Assembly (NCBI RefSeq): GCF_009914755.1 | Contig: NC_060926.1 | Reading direction: 5' to 3' (one strand) | DNA length: 64,000 nt | Origin: the human T2T-CHM13v2.0 reference genome, Homo sapiens | Shown: positions 58,014 through 64,000 of the stretch, piece after piece | Layout: each line of letters opens with the position of its first letter | How positions within the stretch are numbered: the first letter of the stretch is position 1 | Program-made: the position numbers and the translations under genes | Notes under the pieces: model-generated | The model's database searches: none | What the model was told of the DNA's origin: nothing | The model's input: only the letters and a program-made list of their open reading frames with translations

Positions 58014-58569
58014 AGGGACATTGTGTTTTAAAGTGGCTCTTCCCAAAAGTCCTGCAGAGTGTGAATAGAAGTTATACGGGGCAAAAGAGTTTTTGATCAA
58101 ATACATTGGACAAATGCTGGTATAAACAACAGTTGAGTGGTTTATAATAAGGCATCCTAGAACTTTTGTTATGATATGTATATTCCTAGAACCTTTGATA
58201 CAGTGTATACATATATTTTGTATCTGCAAGAGGAGATGATATATATACAGTATGCCTGAACTCCCAAACTTATTTATTAAAGGACTTCTTTTTTCATAGA
58301 ACTGATATTCTGAAGAATAGGATATTGGGGAAATACTGATAAATATTTTGGAAAATTTCATCACTTGTGGTCTTAGGAAGTGCAACCATGAAATCAATTC
58401 TAGTCTATGATTTCATTTGTTTTGCTATTCTACTAGCTAGTAAAATATTTTGTTTGGAAAATTTTGGGTTTTTTGTTTGTTTATTTTTTTGTCTTGATTT
58501 AACTTTTAAAATTAGGTCTTATAAAATCATCTGAGATGTTACCTTACTCTAATATTTGTTTATTACTAT

Positions 58570-59203
<634 letters not shown>

Positions 59204-59636
59204 TGACAGAGGTTGAATTATACAAATTTTGGATTCAGACTGGCCTGGGTTTGCTATCAGTACTTACTCGACTTTGGGCAAGTTATTTAACCTTTCTATC
59301 TCTCAGTTTCTTTGTTTATAAAGATTGTTTTGTGCTGGATTTTGTTTGTTTTAGGAGTAAGAGGGTTATATAGCATAATACATAAAATACCTAGTACTGT
59401 GTCTGAAAAGTAATAGGTGTTTATCAAATGTTAATCCCATTTTCTCTTAATTTTTTATGACCTCTTACCTCAAGACGAGAGCGCTCAGGTTCTAAAGCTT
59501 CCTTTTCACTTACCCTCAGTTATATTGAAATTTAAGTAAAGCATGACCAGTTCTAAACTATTCCATTCACGTAGTTGTTAATTAACTTCTTACTACACTG
59601 TTGGATGAAATTATTGACTTAGAGTGACAGTAGATA

Positions 59637-60661
<1,025 letters not shown>

Positions 60662-60725
60662 TAAATTGAAAGTTCAGCCATATCAACTTTATTTAAAAGT
60701 TGTGTGTTTTTTTAAATTCTTTCAG

Positions 60726-60842
60726 GAAGCCATTAATTTGCTAGAACCAATGACAAACGACCCCGTGAACTACGTGAGGCAAGGGGCACTCATAGCTTCA
60801 GCTCTCATCATGATCCAGCAGACTGAAATCACTTGTCCAAAG
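60726..60842 (+). CDS. PSMD1: PSMD1 internal coding exon, 117 nt
   Basis: ttctttcag acceptor and gtgagc donor. Encodes [39 protein letters not shown], in phase with the previous exon. Confidence 0.96.
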
Positions 60843-61696
60843 GTGAGCAAACAAAGAAATTCCCTGGAAGAGAGATGGTTTGGTCTTTTCTTTAGTAACT
60901 TATCGTCTTTTGAGGACGTTTTTTAGTTCAAATATGGTAAACACTGAAAGTAAAGTAAAAGTAAAGAGAGCATTTTAGAGTATAAGAGAATGGGGAAACT
61001 TTAAATATGTAATGCTCTTTAAATGTATTTTTTAGACTTAATGGTCCCTTTGTTAATTTAAGTATATAACCATGCTTGAAAAATTAGAACTCTTGGGGTG
61101 TTAAAACCGTAAAATGAACTCTTTTTTTGCCTTTCACTGTCCTTTTAAAATGTATTCAGTGGGATAACTTTTTCCTCTGATAATATAGGATGCAAACTTA
61201 GGCAGTCCATGCCTTTTTTGATCTGTCCTTCTAAAGTAATTTTTAAAAAGCCTGCAGTCACTTTGTATCGTACATACCATCTTAGTTTAGAAATGAGTAC
61301 ATCCACATTCTCTTTTGGAATGTCATTGCCCTCCTAGGCGATCTTTTTGGGTGGAGTTCCAAATGGCTCCAAGACAGCTTTCTTTTCCACTTGACCCACA
61401 TCTGCTCCACAGAAACACTCTTGTACATTTTGCCCTTCTGCATAGGAATATAATAGGATGTCAGTGCTAGTACCTCAGCTAATAGCTAATGTCTCAGTGC
61501 ACAGCAGCCCCTGATCATATTGGACACTCCAAGTGGACCCTCTGAACCCCTATTCTGTAAACTTGGAGTGAGGGGGAAAGACTCACAACCCAGCTTGCCC
61601 CAAAGAGATCCTCTTCACATATCCTCCACAATCCACACCCACCTTGTGGGTGACTCCATAATAGTTTTGAGACACCTGTTTTAAAATTCTCTGATG

Positions 61697-62003
<307 letters not shown>

Positions 62004-62559
62004 TCATGATAATCTCTCAGTCCTCAGGTTGTTAGTGTTTGATATCTCATGTATCTTGTCATTTCAGCCAAAACTTCTCATTCTACTAAGAAACAGAAAA
62101 TGCATGTATCTTATTTTTAATACATGTACTAAAATTAGCATTGATATACTAAATAGACACGTGTAGCTTACACAACAATTTCAGATCTTCTAATTCTTAA
62201 AGCTAGGGACTTTAGTATCCATGTATTAATTAATCCTGCTCATATAATGGGAAGTAGTCAAAAAATTGACAACAGAAAAAACTGTTGGCATTGTGTCTTA
62301 TGCCTCATCGAGCAAATAATAGCACACCACCCTCATTTTCAGCAAAGTAGATTTGAGGAGGTAGAGAAAAGAAAAATTTCCGGAACTCATTGATTATTCT
62401 AATTTTATGGAGCTTTGTTTAAAAAAGTTCAAGTTCTAAACAGTTGCTGTCATCTTTGCTTCATTTATTTAGTGCTTCTATTTCTGTCTCAAAATCATTT
62501 TCAGGACTTTCAAAAATTGTATTATTACAAAGATAGAATCTGACTTCTCATCCTGTTTT

Positions 62560-63470
62560 TATAACGTATTACTTAATATACTACATCTTCTAGAACATAA
62601 ACATCTTTCCAAACACCACATTTCTTTTTGTTTTTAAATATAGCAGCTATCATATGAGTAGCTTTTACATATTTTATTTCTGCTTTTGATCTTCAACTGA
62701 GCTTTTGGAGGTTATCCAACTGAGTAGTGTCATTAAAGAAACAAATTTTGGTCATGGAATGCACCTCCTCTAACAGTAATACATAGACATTCACTTTGAC
62801 CCCACATGTTGCTTTCATGTTACTTGTATTGTCAGCAAGACAAATGTTCTGTCTTCCCATCCTCTGCTGTAGGATTTCATTGATTTTACAATTATAATCT
62901 CTGTTCCAAAAATGGCAGAGTCCTTTAGGAGCTGGATAATCATTCCAGGAACTGTTATTGAACCAAGTCTTACCTGGTGCAGATACATGGGGCACACTCC
63001 CATCTTCAGGTTGTATCGGAATCTTAGACACTGATTAAAATGTCAAAGTGAAGTCACAGCTAGTAGCCTTTGCCAGTAATATAAACTGGGTAGATAAATG
63101 TAAGTGTATATACCACTGACTAAAAAAGCAAAATTGACATGTGAAACTCAAAAATTCTTTCAGGAAACACTACTCTTTAGAGCAAAGTTGTTACTCAGCT
63201 TAAGAATTCTTAAAGTTAATTTCATTGTTTTCTGTTATTAAGCAAGTGATAAAGAATTTCATAGACTACAGTTTATATCATCTTTCCTTTATCTGATAAT
63301 TGCCAACAAGACAAAATTGACATTTTGGAGATGGTATACAGCATGTTGCCAAAAAGAAAAATCTGTTGAGAAACTCTGAAGGGGAGTAGATTCTCAAGGC
63401 TACAGAGTCTTAATTGCAAGATTGCAAAACCAGTCCATGAAATAAAGTGGAAATGGCTCAAAAATAAAGA
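62560..63470 (-). pseudogene. Possible highly decayed hAT (Ac/ZBED-like) transposase remnant
   Basis: Collinear motif remnants on minus: BED-finger-like WQHAVYH, KEFLSF, FTL(D)I, KINEILQQ, ADNTSNMKA and KYVKATHMIAAIFK. Many stops and frameshifts, no TIR found. Confidence 0.4.
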
Positions 63471-63871
63471 TCAAATGTGAATTTCATCAAGAGTTATAAA
63501 CCCCTCTCAAAGGAATTCAAAAGAGAAATTTCTCAGGTATTTTGTGAAATTCACAATGGAAATTCCCAAAGGAAATGTCTTATGTAACCATTAATATATG
63601 TCACATCCCTAACACTTAGCTCCACACGTTGCCCTCTTAGTTGAAGTATCTCCAGTACATCTTTGCTTTGCTTCTCTCAGTTTCTCGCTAGCTCATGCTC
63701 ACAAACATAAACCCAGGAACATGCACACATCCCTGGATCAAAGGTTCACATTTAACAAGGGTAATGTTCTTTTTTAGGTCCTTGGAGCTATTTTGCTCTA
63801 AAAACCCAACTCTCCTCTTTATTAAATTATCTATCTTTTGTTTTTCTTGTTAAATGAAATCCACCATTAAG

Positions 63872-63973
63872 ATGGGCACAGTGGCTGAGGCAGGAGACTC
63901 GCTTGAGCCTGGGAGTTCAAGGCCAGCCTGAACAACATCCCAAGACCCTATCTCTAAAAAACAAACAAAAAAA
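63872..63973 (+). mobile_element. Deleted FLAM/Alu monomer
   Basis: Alu fragment with TSD-like AAATC(C)ACCATTAA. Confidence 0.7.
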
Positions 63974-64000
63974 TCACCATTAACAGTTACTCGAACATGT

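Overview
Primate DNA, almost certainly human, matching the PSMD1/HTR2B locus (2q37.1 from recall). Three coding exons of PSMD1 (26S proteasome subunit Rpn2, PC-repeat region) lie on + at 1622-1686, 53242-53356 and 60726-60842. The 51.6 kb intron between the first two holds the complete serotonin receptor gene HTR2B on the - strand (4 exons, 481 aa). The same intron holds a 14 kb nested stack of mobile elements: a near full-length Tigger1 containing an MLT2A solo LTR, two Alus and a short A-tailed insert. That insert contains an HERV-K(HML-5)/LTR22 provirus, which in turn contains an HERVIP10/LTR10 provirus. Target-site duplications are readable for most layers. The rest is Alu/MIR/MER/L1 intronic sequence, including a near-perfect AluYa5. 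I see no clearly new gene system. The best leads are: (i) an out-of-frame HTR2B overlapping uORF whose stop overlaps Met43 (ATGA); (ii) an AG|GTAAGT recursive-splice motif at the start of the PSMD1 exon before the large intron; (iii) an AP-1-type 28-bp repeat present in 4 vs 2 copies in the two LTR10s; (iv) a perfect DUX4 motif in MLT2A; (v) a telomere-variant G4 insert upstream of HTR2B; (vi) a possible ancient hAT transposase fossil. Repeat family names come from recalled consensus sequences, not from a database search.
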